Origin: an uncultured Phycisphaerales bacterium
GTDB lineage: Bacteria; Planctomycetota; Phycisphaerae; Tepidisphaerales; Tepidisphaeraceae
DNA: 64,000 nucleotides
NCBI GenBank assembly: GCA_963755915.1
Contig: CAVWLP010000002.1
Span: 3,584,001 to 3,648,000, forward strand
Direction: 5' to 3'
Position numbers and translations under genes: made by a program. Shown here piece after piece: positions 33,163 to 44,234 of the stretch (the stretch's first letter is position 1; the number at the start of each line of letters is the position of its first letter). The notes beneath the pieces were generated by a model. The model was not told where the DNA came from. It saw only the letters and a list, made by a program, of their open reading frames with translations, and did no database searches.

Positions 33163-34824
33163 TCACGGCGACTTCGTGATGGCGAAAGTCACTTGCTCCA
33201 GCGGCGCCGTCTGCACTTTTGGTTCGATTTTTCGTCCCCATTGCCAGGCAACAACCGTCACGTAGACGGGGAATCTTGCCCTCGGCGGAATGGGCAAAAG
33301 AGTAAGGGTGCTGCCTTCCACTTCAGCAGGCCCTTCGCGAACAAAGTAGTGCACAGGCAAGTGTGCGTCTGAACTGGCCTTTAGCGCAACGGTTCCTGTT
33401 CCCAGCGGTTGATCTGGAATCCCTGGAAACGTGATTTTCTGCGGTTGACCGTCTCGGTTGGCAACAAGACGAAGCAGCGCCTGCTGCACGGCGCTTTTAT
33501 ATTCGTCGTCACCGGGGTGGCTGGCGAGAATCCACATGTCGTTGTTGCGACGATCTACGGTGCAAAATGTTCGATTGAGCTGAACCTGAAATGTGTCGTC
33601 GGAAAGTTTCAGAAACGGGCCGACAATACGTGAAAGCACAATGAGCCCGCCGCCACTGGCATGTCCGAGCGGGGAGCCGTTCGGCAAACCCGCCCATCGC
33701 GATGGGTTGGTGCCGGCGCCTTCGACGTCGCTAAGGAATTGGGCGTGGAGATGAAAAGTAATCCCGTCGCTGTCAAACTCGCACGCGGGTAAACAAGGCT
33801 CGCCAGCGTAAGTTTTACCCCCTTGAATGAAGCCGATGAGTTGCGGCTTCTTCCCACGTGCGCGCTGATAGTATTGCTCGGTGGCGGTGGCCATCTCTTC
33901 GTCGAAGCACCAGAACGCCTGGCTGCGATCGCCGCGGTATTGGCAGTACGGCGCGGCCGGGGCTGTGGGAAGAGCGTCCTTGTGCCAGCGGTCGATCAGC
34001 CAGCCTTGCGTGGGATCGACGGTTCTGAGGATCGGCGGTTGACCCAGGTTAGAGGCAGCCGGCAGCCGCCCCCGCGGCTTTGCGAATGAACATGCACAGG
34101 AAAGAGATCAGATCGTCGGAGTAATCGAAATGTCCATGCCCGGCGTCAGCCAGGAATGTGATGGGCGCGGCCGGATGGCTGGCTTCAAAAGCCAGCGCCG
34201 GCGCCAATCGCTCTTCACCCCATTCATATTCGCCCATCACCATCAGTCCAGGCACACCGTCAATGTTCCGATCTCCCCACGGAATGTTGGGCCGGCCGTA
34301 GCCGGTATGATTGGTCTGGGGAGCATCGCCGTGTACCGAAATAATTGCCAGGGTTCGTGCGGGACTCCAGGCGGCGCAGTTCCACGGGAAAGTCGCCGAC
34401 GCGCTGTGGCCCAAGGGGATCAGAGGCGCAATTTTCAGTTCCTCGTAGCCGGATTGATTGGCGAGCACCCGAGCACTCTCTGAAGATGCTCGCCGGCACC
34501 GGCGCGAAAGTCGAAAGACTGCTCCAGCACGGGCACACACCAGACCTCGGCAAAGTCCAGAGCAGCCAGCGTCTGGCGCATTCGGGCGTGCTCGAGAATT
34601 CCCTGCTCAATCATGTTGTGATTGGCAATGACAATCGCCCGAACCCGCTGACAATTTGGCGGAATCCAGAGATAATCGCGCGCATTTCCGTCCGGCGTTG
34701 ACCATTGCCATTCGTTTGCCGTGCAGGAACCGGCCGCGCCCAGCAGGCAGATGATGGCGCTCAGCACGTGAACGTGTGGGTATGCCGACGCCATTTTCGC
34801 GGGTGGTTCGCGGCGGGTTTTCAT
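33163..34824 (-). CDS. Secreted hypothetical protein, possible alpha/beta hydrolase fold (frameshifts near 34480 and 34070)
   Basis: Signal-like N-terminus, PLIPLGHSASATFPWN elbow-like motif, GHGHFD and an Ig-like C-terminus. Three ORF pieces lie in tandem. Confidence 0.65.
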
Positions 34825-36864
34825 TTTGATGTGACCGACACGTGGTCGAACATCATGCTGATCGTACCGGGGCTGTCGGACGCGATGGCAAAGCCGCAGA
34901 AAAAATCGCGGGGCATCGGAACGATGCGGGATCCGACCTCGTACCAGTGCTGGCCATCATCCGATTGATACGCGGTAAACGTCTCCCGCGCGAGTCAATC
35001 GAAACCAAGTCGGCGCCTGGCCCAGCCCGGTATAGGCATTTCCCGGCACGAACGTCATGGCGCCGCCGCTATTATTGCGCGTGCCGAACCGCACTTCGCG
35101 GTAACCGAGATCGCCCAGCACCAGCGCCACCGCGGGCGCGTCCGGTTCCAGAGACGCTCGCATCGTAATTCCGACACGGGAGTTGTCGCCATGATTGCGA
35201 AGATCGCCGTCAATGAGCCGCGCGGTGAAAACGGCGTCGCCATTGACGGCAATGTTGGTGAAACCGATTCCGTCGCGAAAATCGCCGATGTTCGACCCCG
35301 CGCCTTTAACGATAAATGTGCCATCGGCGACGGAGGCGTATTCGGCGGATCCGGGCCTGCGCACTCTTCCAATGTCGCTTTGGGACCAGCCATCGGGCAA
35401 TCGCGCGGTTGCCGCGACGGGCGTTGCGCTTGTTTCCGCGGAATCCGGGCTGGTTCCAGCCTGGTTTTCGGCGGCGATCACGTAATAGTAGGCGGTGCCG
35501 TTGGCGACGGTCGTGTCGCAATATTCGGGGATGACGCCGCGATATTTCGCAACTTCAGTGTATGGCCCGCGGGCCGCCGTTGCGCGTCGAACAGTGAATC
35601 CGTTGGCCGTGCCGGGCGGCAACCACCGGAGGTAAACTCGGCCCACGCCCGCGGTCGCGACAACGCCGGTGGGCGGGGAAGGTATCGGCAGCGGTGGAAA
35701 CCGCGAGCGATCGAGCGTGTACATGAGCGTGCCATACCCAAAGTGATCGTCGTGCGTATATCCTTCGGGCCGATTCAGGGCTGCAATCGCCGTTAAATTT
35801 GGCGCGCTGAGCCCCCGACGAACGACATATTCATTGTAAAGCTGCTCCCAAATCGGCCGCTGTAGCCGGCCCCGTCCGGAGCGAGAAGCCCAGTACTGAT
35901 TCACGGTGTCGCAATTGTTGTAAAACATGTAGGGCACCGGCTGCCACAGCGCATATCTGGCCGTGTACTCGGCGCCAGCGAGCAGGCGGTTGTTATCGTA
36001 GCCATATAGATCCACCCCCTGGTTCTGTGCGATTTCGCAAAACGAGGCGAGCAAGCCGATACCCAGTTCCGCGTGTTCCTGGTCGCGGCCGGTCTCCTGC
36101 CATTGCCCGAGATTGCCGGGATGAAGGACATACACGGCGTTTTCGATGCTGCCATTTCCCTTGCCGTGTTTGAAATACTCAACCGCTTCGTCAAACAGCG
36201 CCCGGTCGTCGCATAGCACTCCGGTTGCGCCGATCGCGGTGGTGCAGCAGGCATCCCAGTTCGCCCAGAAGTGCGAGATGCATGAGCCATCATGATGAAT
36301 GAGGAAATCATGGCAGGGCGGATAGAGGTAGGTCCGCATCATTCTTTTGAACCGATCGAAGTCGGCCGGCGCCCATCGCGTGCCGACGTAGATGCGCAGA
36401 ACCTCACCGACGACCGCGAACTCGTAGGTATAGATGCCATTGAGCCCGGGTTGATCGACGCCCCTTGGCGTCTGGTCAACCGCCGCCGACCAGAGGTTGC
36501 AGATACGGATGGCATGGTCGGTGTAGGCCGGATCACCAGAGATGTAGCCGCGCATGGCGTTAAGATATGCCGCAACGGCGTCGGCGGAAACGCGCTGGCG
36601 CGAGACGCCCATGTTCGGATTCGGGGCGGGTTTATAAGTAAGCTGCGCCTTTGGATCGTTTATCAGCGCGTTCCAACTGTCGATCCACGGATGGTCGCCG
36701 GCGGCAACGTGTAGGCGCATGCGGTCAAGATCGGCCTGCGAGTGAAGCCCCCCCGGATGAACGAAAGTCCGGACCTGGTCATCCGCCCCTTTTGTGAGCT
36801 CGTTCGGCGCAAGTACGATCAGCACACAAAGCGCCAGCGCCAAAGTAACCTGTTTTTTCTGCAT
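34821..36864 (-). CDS. Alginate-lyase-family domain protein with FN3 and lectin-like domains (frameshift near 34980)
   Basis: FVHPGGLH, ANWD, GQWQETGRDQEH, DLYGYDNNRLLAGAEY and an FN3 repeat. The C-terminus continues FTAYQSDDG... in another frame to TGA at 34821. Confidence 0.85.
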
Positions 36865-36933
36865 ACAATTTTGAAGAGAACTCTATTGCCGCTGATCCGG
36901 CGGCAACTAACCTACATCAGCCCGGTCGGTTGC

Positions 36934-36980
36934 ATAGTGATCTTTTCACCATATCGATGCGATTCGAGGGACATTTTGCG
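36934..36980 (-). promoter_or_regulatory. 47-bp upstream element, copy B
   Basis: 45/47 identical to 30131-30177; lies upstream of the lyase gene. Confidence 0.75.
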
Positions 36981-37270
36981 CCACACAAATTTCTCCGCCG
37001 CCTCTGCATCACCGCGCCCACTGCAGCCATCGCAACCAAACCGCCAGTGAGCGGCGGCTTGGCCTCTGGTCACGTGGATCGGCACATCCCGAACACAGCC
37101 AATTCTGACCCATGTATTGGCATGCGGCTTGGCCACGAGTTAGTAAAGAAGCATATGGGATCTCCCGAAAACTCAGCGGATGTTCGGGGAGCTGGTTTCG
37201 CGCGATGCCGCGCCTGCGGGACCGCCTGCTGTCAGCGTATCTAATAACCGGGAGCCGCGTTTTCATACCT

Positions 37271-38338
37271 TTATTCTGATTTGGGGTTTCGGATTTCCGC
37301 AGTAGAGCGCCTTACTACCAGCTCCACCGCCAGCTCGTGTCCCTTGGCCTTTCCCTTGATCTTGCCGCTGGACCTCCCCAGGACGATCTCCGCGGCGCGC
37401 TTTCCGATCTCGTAGGCGGGCTGATGCACCGTCGTCAACGGTGGGGTCATCTCCTCGGCAAAATCCTCATCCGAAAATCCGACGACCGACAAATCCTCGG
37501 GAATGTTCAAGCCTCTTTCCGTCGCCGCCTGGTAGACGACCTTGGCATAGAGATCGCTCGCCGCGAAAATGGCGGTCGGGCGATCCGCGGTGCTGAGCAT
37601 CTGTCGCGCCTGCTGGATTCCCAGCTTGGGAAGGCCCGGAGGTGCTTCGAGGACGGTGAGGCAGGTTCCCTTCATTTTTTGCAACGCGTCCTCAAACGCC
37701 TTTCGCCGATCCCGCGCCCAGGTTGTGTCGCCGGGCGCCGCGAGATATCCGATGCGCCGGTGGCCGAGCCCATACAAATGCTCGGCCACCATCCGTCCCC
37801 CAGATGCCTCGTCGCTACCCACAAAATCGGCGTTGAAGCGCTCGGGCAGCCTGTGATCGATAGTCACCACCGGCAAATTGCGCGAGGAAAACTCGTGCAG
37901 ATGCTCCTGGTAAAGCCGTGCGAACGGCGGCCAGAGGATCACGCCATCCACGCGCCGATCCACGAGCTGATGAATCTGCGCGAGCCCTTCGCCCGGCCCA
38001 AAGCGATTTCGCGGCTGCGCGCCCCAGTGTGCAGCCCAAAGCGTGATCGGAACGCAACCCTTCTCGGTTAGAACATCGTGGACGCCGCACAAGACTTCCG
38101 CCCAATAAAACTGGAACGGGTGCATAAGCACGCCCACAGTGCCGGTCTTTCCAGTCTGAATCCCCCGCACCAGAAGATTGGGGCGATACCCGAGCTTTTC
38201 CGCCACCGCGAGGACGCGCCGCGTCGTCTCCTCGGAGCTGACCTTGCTGCCGGCGAGGACCAGGGAGACCGTGGATTGGGAAACTCCGGCCTCCCGGGCA
38301 ACACGTTTCTGGCTCGCCAGCGATTGCGAACGCTTCAT
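37271..38338 (-). CDS. LacI-family transcriptional regulator
   Basis: VAREAGVSQSTVSLVL HTH, YRPNLLVRGI hinge, IPEDLSVVGFSD, PPLTTVHQP. Confidence 0.93.
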   Translation of the reverse strand: MKRSQSLASQKRVAREAGVSQSTVSLVLAGSKVSSEETTRRVLAVAEKLGYRPNLLVRGIQTGKTGTVGVLMHPFQFYWAEVLCGVHDVLTEKGCVPITLWAAHWGAQPRNRFGPGEGLAQIHQLVDRRVDGVILWPPFARLYQEHLHEFSSRNLPVVTIDHRLPERFNADFVGSDEASGGRMVAEHLYGLGHRRIGYLAAPGDTTWARDRRKAFEDALQKMKGTCLTVLEAPPGLPKLGIQQARQMLSTADRPTAIFAASDLYAKVVYQAATERGLNIPEDLSVVGFSDEDFAEEMTPPLTTVHQPAYEIGKRAAEIVLGRSSGKIKGKAKGHELAVELVVRRSTAEIRNPKSE

Positions 38339-38614
38339 ATGCCGTTATCCATTCTTTGCCTGCATTGACCGCTTATTTAACGATGGGATCACCGGCAATC
38401 TCTTCGCCGCTGCGCATAAAGTACTTATTTTCAATGCCTTACAAACGCAGGGTGCGCCATTAATAGTTATTAGTATCGCTATTCAGCCGCGGCGGTCCAG
38501 TGATATGTATGACGTGTTCCAAACCGGAAAATTTCGCGGCAGCACGGCGGGGGGATCTCATGACCGTCAACGGCGGGTCTCGAAGAGCGCGGCACAGAGG
38601 TGAGGCAGTAGGCG

Positions 38615-39160
38615 CTACTTCTTGTTGTGCCTGCCGTCCATCGAGGCGTTGAATTGCTTTGAGCCGCCGCGGGGAATTGTCAGGACGGTCCATTTGTCCT
38701 TCGCCACGTATCGCGAAAGCTGGACGATCTGGCCGGTGTGATAGGCGTGGTGCGAGAGCTGTCGAAGCAGCGCATCGATGACGGTGTGGGTTTCGCCGCG
38801 GATGGTGATCGTCTTGTCGAGGTCTTTGTCGGTGAGCGGGGCTAAGGCGTCGAAGAGGGATTGCCAGGCGGCTTCCCAATAGTTGAGGATCGCTGCGCGC
38901 GGGATGTGATCGTCAACGAATTCTGAATCGCGGTCACGGTTTGGTTTTTCGCCGTCGGTGCTCAGAAAGTCGGTGAAGCGCGATATAAGGTTGCCGCTCA
39001 TGTGCTTCATGATGACGGCGACACTGTTGGTGTTCTCGTCCAAAGCCTGGTGGAGCTGGGCGTCGGAGATCTGGACGACGGCTTTCTCTGCCATGTCTTT
39101 GTAGGCGGCGAAACGTTTGATCAGGGCATCGATCGTGAGCTTTGGATTGGAAGGCGGCAT
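38615..39160 (-). CDS. DinB-superfamily (DUF1572-like) protein
   Basis: NSVAVIMKHMSGNLISRFTDFLSTDGEKPNRDRDSEF and HHAYHTGQIV. Confidence 0.85.
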   Translation of the reverse strand: MPPSNPKLTIDALIKRFAAYKDMAEKAVVQISDAQLHQALDENTNSVAVIMKHMSGNLISRFTDFLSTDGEKPNRDRDSEFVDDHIPRAAILNYWEAAWQSLFDALAPLTDKDLDKTITIRGETHTVIDALLRQLSHHAYHTGQIVQLSRYVAKDKWTVLTIPRGGSKQFNASMDGRHNKK

Positions 39161-39205
39161 GATTGTCTCTAGGTCACGATTTTACGGCGACGGCGACTTG
39201 AAAAG

Positions 39206-41229
39206 CTACCGACTAGGGAGATCGGTGAGTGTCTGCGTAACCCGCTGGGTCGTAAGGGTCACATACGACAAAGCGGGGAGCGTGATTTGGGCCGTGCCGT
39301 TTTCGGGGCGCACGGGATCGGACGGGGAGAAGCTGTGCTCATCGTTGGTCATGAAGGTTTGAAGGGAGGCGATTGACGTGGGAATGCCGGTGATGGTGAT
39401 CTGGCGCGTGGCAGACAAATTGGCGAGATGGATGCAGAGCGCAGGGGTGTTGGGGTCGTATAGCGCCGCGGCGTGAACGGCGGGAGTATCAACTGCGATG
39501 GGCAGTTCGCAAGCGCCGAACGGCGTCGTGGACGCCAATTGCTTGAGGCACCAGAACCGCATCGTCGGACGCGGCTGCGGACCATGGAAATCGACCATGC
39601 CGTAATCCTGGGTCATCTCCCAGGGGAGAACCGAAAGTGGCTGAGAATATCTGAGGACATCGAGATACATCCCGGCTTCGTCAATGGCGTACCAGGGATA
39701 GGACCAGACGTGGGTGTAGTGATACGAATCCGAATCGGTGCCGCCTTCGGCGACAATGAGCGGCAGATTCAATCGGTGGGCGGCGTCGTGCCAGGCGGTG
39801 AGCTGTTCGGGAATCGCGCCGTTCCACGAATGGAAGGAAATTGCGCCCACGTACTGCATCGCCTGAGGATCGAGCGATGCCGGTGTGATGAAATCGGCGG
39901 GCTTGGGGCTGGAAACATCACCCAGAAGCAATTTGGTCGTGATTCCGTGCGCGACGAAGCAGGCGCCGACGCGCTTGATGGCATCGCGATACTCCTGTAG
40001 CGTGAAATGGATGGTGACGCCCAAGTCAGATTCGTTGAACGAGAAGAATTTGGGCTCGACGCCATATTTCTGACGGGCGTAGAGGAGATAGGAGGCGATG
40101 GCGTTGCAAAATGGGTCCCATTTTGCGGGATTAATGACGCGGCCGTGAGCATAGAGATCGTTGTCGGCGATTGGCATCAGCGCCCACTGGGGGCGCGCCA
40201 GAGCGTGAAAATCAGGGAAATGTGCCGCTGGCTGAGGACGCGCGCCAGCTCCAGCGATTGGCGGATGTCGGAGCCGGGCTGGTCGTTTTGGGCGAGGCCG
40301 GCGAAGTTGGGGGCGGCGGGGTCGGAATCGGATAATTCGTCCGGCTCCCAGATTGGCAGTGGGACCGCCATCCGCGCCCAGATGACGGGAATGTTCTTCA
40401 GATCGTAGGCGACCTCGGGCGAATCGAGGAAAAAGACGAAGTTTCCTCCGAGGCCGGCGAGCGGGGCGCCGATTTTTGTGGGGTTGATCGCCAGGTGGAC
40501 CGGCTGGTGATCGATTTTGCCCGACGACGTGAGCATAAAACTGGCGTCGATTTTTTCATTTGCGGCGATATCGCCCCGACGAATCGTTACGCGAAGCATC
40601 ACGCTGTCGCCCTTGGGATCGTGATGGTCGTGGATTGAGATGTGCCGGGGGGAATCAAATTCGACGGTAAGGGCGGCGTGGCTGGTCTGGAGATTGGCGC
40701 CGGTGGCGTCGCCGTCGAGATAGAGGCGGTCGGTCGCGGGCTGGGTCGTGGAGATCGCGCTGGTTTGCGTTGTGGGGGTGGTCAAGCCGAGCAGGTTGGC
40801 TGAAGCCCCGGCGAAATCCGAGAGGGGCACGGCCACGCAGAAATCGATCTCGTCGAGCTTCATATCCTGCTCGGCGACCACCTGCACGCCGATTCTGACG
40901 CGGTTGGGTCCGAGAGGCGTGATCGTGGTTTGGTAATTGACGGGCTGGTGGAGTTGCCGGAACGCGAATTGGCCCGTGAAGATCTCCTCGTTGCCGTCCT
41001 CGATAAATTTCAGATCTCGCTCCTGCCAGTGGCCGGTGGAAGCGTCGCGCTTTCCGTCAGCGGCGACGACGCGGATGCTTGTGACCACGGGGAATAGCTG
41101 GCCGTCGATGCGGAAGCCGCGCAGATCGCCCCAGCCTTCAACTTCGACGGCAGCACCGGCGAAGCGAGCGATGGCGGCAATAGAACAGAAACCCACTAGC
41201 AGCTGGAAAAATCGGTGTGATTTCTTCAA
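39206..41229 (-). CDS. Secreted clan GH-A glycoside hydrolase, GH30-like (frameshift near 40190)
   Basis: Signal peptide; FSFNESD acid/base, ISFHSW, LIVAEGG nucleophile; C-terminal beta-sandwich ITLPALSYVTLTT. Confidence 0.7.
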
Positions 41230-41714
41230 GGGATTACCGGTGTAGGCGGGTCAGGCCCCGGCGGCTGCAGGTTCAAACTTTTGAGGTCATAGCCGGGCAA
41301 CCATTTTTGAGTCGGCCCGGGGAGGCTGACCTCGGTGCCGGCCGGACCAATGGACATCATAACGACGGCGAGTTTTTCAGGGTGAGTCGGGTCGGCGCTG
41401 TAGGCATCTTCCAGCCTCTTTTTCGCCTGAGGGGTAAAGCGCGACAAATATGCGATGTATTTGCGACCGTCTTCCGAATAGACGGAGGCCATCATAGCTG
41501 TTCTACCGTCGTGATCCCAGGGTGCGAATTTGTAGGCGCTATCTTCGAAATATGTTTGACCGCCGTCGTCTGAGTAATAGGCCATGTTGAGATCGTGCCT
41601 GGGTATGCCGGGCTTATAAGAGACGACGGCGATCGCGGCTGCGGCCAACAAGAGAACTGCGGCCAATATTGGGCCAATCTTACGATCCTGCATTAGTTCG
41701 CGAACGCTGCTCAT
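41226..41714 (-). CDS. Conserved single-TM protein, partner of the prepilin-like gene
   Basis: MSSVRE start, TM, YYSDDGGQTYF..FAPWDHDGRTA..A.VY; paralogue of 28360..28869. Confidence 0.8.
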   Translation of the reverse strand: MSSVRELMQDRKIGPILAAVLLLAAAAIAVVSYKPGIPRHDLNMAYYSDDGGQTYFEDSAYKFAPWDHDGRTAMMASVYSEDGRKYIAYLSRFTPQAKKRLEDAYSADPTHPEKLAVVMMSIGPAGTEVSLPGPTQKWLPGYDLKSLNLQPPGPDPPTPVIP

Positions 41715-41760
41715 GGAAAAAAGGGCGATGGTCGATACACCACCGGCTTCCGCAAGCTCC

Positions 41761-42855
41761 TTATTGCCCCGGCTGGCCGGCGGCTGGCGTGGTGTAGTTA
41801 ACACAAATTTCTCGGGCGATGACCTGCCCAAGCTTGCGGGATTCCACATGACCATCGACAAAGAGGAGATTTGTGGTGGTATTGTTCATATGTCGAAATC
41901 GCATATTTGCGGCGGGGTTGTAATCGATGCCGCTCCAGGAGAACCAATTGTCGAGATTTTGAACCGCCTCCGACTTCGCCGTGGCTCCTCCAGTGCTCGA
42001 AGTGAAATTAAATTCGTACAGGCTGTTGTTATTCAGTCCGATCGCACAGGCGTAGCCGCCTTTAACGTGGTTTACGGGGTATCCGGAGTCCCCGGGAGTC
42101 GGATAGCACAGAAAATTAGCTCCGGTGCCGGTGCCACCGGTATCCAGGCTGGATTGCTCGATTTTGGTCGCGTTTGGTCCGTCGGGCCATTGGTACTCGG
42201 CGGTTATCCCGCCCGGAGCTGCGAAGAGATTTTGGCAGCCATCCCAAACCATGGCGGTGTCGCTGGATTGCTTGATCGACCCGACTTGGCGAAGGGGTAG
42301 ATAAACCCCGCCGTTGATATTGATCGCGTAATCAAAATATTCATTATTGGCGAGGATTCTCGGCTGCGCATAATAATCCGACACGCGCGTCCCATAGAGG
42401 ACTTCATTGGTATCGTAGTCGTGAAATACGGGATTAAAGTCTATGGCCATATTCTGCTCGAATTGAACCTGGTCTCCCATTCCGTAAGGGTCCCATGGGG
42501 GCGTTCCTCCATCGCCGGGGGCTTTGGTGTTGGTAAGCCGGGTTAGCGTATCGGGCCAATCCCAAAACGAGTAACTGAAACCTTCGTCAAAGTATCCCGC
42601 GCCGCCCGCGCTTCCGCCGTAGGCAGTTCCGCCCGTGACGGCATGGCCATAGGGGACGTATCCGTGATTTTCGGATTCGTAGATAGCGATCATGTCGCCG
42701 ATTTGGCGCAGATTCAAGGCGCAGGCGACGAGACTCGCCTGCTCTCGAGCGCGGTTAAGGGCGGGCAACAAGATCGAGATAAGCAGTGCGATGATCCCGA
42801 TGACAACCAGAAGCTCCACAAGCGTGAATCCCTGGTGGATGGACTTCCTCGTCAT
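41761..42855 (-). CDS. Prepilin-type N-terminal cleavage/methylation protein (DUF1559-like, H-X-DG C-terminus)
   Basis: [33 protein letters not shown] and [19 protein letters not shown]. Confidence 0.92.
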   Translation of the reverse strand: MTRKSIHQGFTLVELLVVIGIIALLISILLPALNRAREQASLVACALNLRQIGDMIAIYESENHGYVPYGHAVTGGTAYGGSAGGAGYFDEGFSYSFWDWPDTLTRLTNTKAPGDGGTPPWDPYGMGDQVQFEQNMAIDFNPVFHDYDTNEVLYGTRVSDYYAQPRILANNEYFDYAININGGVYLPLRQVGSIKQSSDTAMVWDGCQNLFAAPGGITAEYQWPDGPNATKIEQSSLDTGGTGTGANFLCYPTPGDSGYPVNHVKGGYACAIGLNNNSLYEFNFTSSTGGATAKSEAVQNLDNWFSWSGIDYNPAANMRFRHMNNTTTNLLFVDGHVESRKLGQVIAREICVNYTTPAAGQPGQ

Positions 42856-42895
42856 GCTCGACTCCTCTCGATGTGGCGTACCAATTTTCAGCTAA

Positions 42896-42922
42896 TAATA
42901 TATATGAAATCGCTTTTGTCAA
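42896..42922 (-). promoter_or_regulatory. Promoter with TTCATATATATTA operator
   Basis: Minus strand TTGACA-16 nt-TATTAT, overlapped by the 13-mer that recurs five times in 42.9-52.8 kb. Confidence 0.7.
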
Positions 42923-42985
42923 TACTTTTTACGTGAACTTAAAGGGTGATTGTGGTTGTTCGAAATTGCTCCGGCGGACTAGCCT

Positions 42986-43999
42986 TCAGGTTACTTGCGG
43001 TAGCTCGGGGCTCGAGTTGTCTTTCACAAAATCAATCACTTCATTGAGTTGTGCGAACGCCAGCCCCGTCACGGTGTCAGCGCATCCGTAATAAATCGCC
43101 ATCCGTCCGCTAGACGAATCGACCAGCGCAGCGCAGGGAAATACGACATTGGGCACATCGCCGACGCATTCATAGTCCTTCTGCGGGGACATCAAATACG
43201 GGGCGGCCCGCCGAATCACTTTCCAGGGTTTCTCCAAGTCCAGCAGACAAGCGGAGAAACTGTAGACAAAACCGTTGCAGCTTGTGAGGACGCCGTGGTA
43301 GATCAGGAGCCAGCCTTCGGTGGTTTCGATGGGGATGGGGCCCGCGCCGATTTTGGTTGATTCCCACGGTTGTTTGGGGCCCATCACGAAACGATGTTTG
43401 CCCCAGTAGGTAAGATCGGGGCTTTGGCTAAGGTACATATCTCCGAATGGCGTATGCCCGCGATCGCTGGGGCGGCTGAGCATCATAAAATTGCCGTTGA
43501 TTTTCCGCGGAAACATGACGCCGTTGCGATTGTAGGGAAGATAGGCGTTTTCGAGCTGATGGAAGGTTTGGAAATCGCGCGTCCATCCGATGCCGATGGT
43601 GGGCCCATGATAGCCGTTGCACCACGTGACATAGAATCGATCTTCGATCCAGCAGACGCGCGGATCGTAGCCATATTCCCAACGCCCGAGCTCGGGGTCG
43701 TCCGATTTAAAACGAATCGGTTCGGGGTTGATCTCCCATTTCATTCCGTCGCGGCTTTTGCCGACGTAAAGACCCATGCGGCGCTGTTTGTCGTCGCAGC
43801 GAAAAACACCAGCGAACCCGCCTTCGAACGGGACGGCGGCGCTGTTGAAGATGCTGTTGGACGTCTTGGTGAGATTGCGCGGGATGATGGGATTGCGGCT
43901 AAAGCGCCACACGACATCGGAGGAATCTGCTGGGCGCGGCTCCCAGGGAATGTTGGGCAACGGCTGTCCGCGAATCAGTCGATATTTTGATTCACCCAT
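42986..43999 (-). CDS. GH130 beta-mannoside phosphorylase
   Basis: [59 protein letters not shown]. Confidence 0.92.
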   Translation of the reverse strand: MGESKYRLIRGQPLPNIPWEPRPADSSDVVWRFSRNPIIPRNLTKTSNSIFNSAAVPFEGGFAGVFRCDDKQRRMGLYVGKSRDGMKWEINPEPIRFKSDDPELGRWEYGYDPRVCWIEDRFYVTWCNGYHGPTIGIGWTRDFQTFHQLENAYLPYNRNGVMFPRKINGNFMMLSRPSDRGHTPFGDMYLSQSPDLTYWGKHRFVMGPKQPWESTKIGAGPIPIETTEGWLLIYHGVLTSCNGFVYSFSACLLDLEKPWKVIRRAAPYLMSPQKDYECVGDVPNVVFPCAALVDSSSGRMAIYYGCADTVTGLAFAQLNEVIDFVKDNSSPELPQVT

Positions 44000-44142
44000 A
44001 GCTTGAGCTTTCCAGAAATTCGGGGCGAGATCGCGTCCAAATTAACAACCGACAGATGTCGCCCGTGATGCGGCAGCAACAAACGGCTGCTGGTTTTACC
44101 TTTAACCCGGCGGGGCCAATTGCATTTTGCACCGGATTTCTT

Positions 44143-44186
44143 TTGACAGCCGCCGGAAACCATTTATACTCACTTCATATATATTA
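44143..44186 (+). promoter_or_regulatory. Sigma70 promoter plus TTCATATATATTA operator
   Basis: TTGACA(44143)-16 nt-TATACT(44165), with the operator at 44174-44186 over the expected start site. Confidence 0.72.
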
Positions 44187-44234
44187 TCAAGGTAATTCTG
44201 GCGGAACGAGTCACTTCACCGAAAGGAGCGGGAA

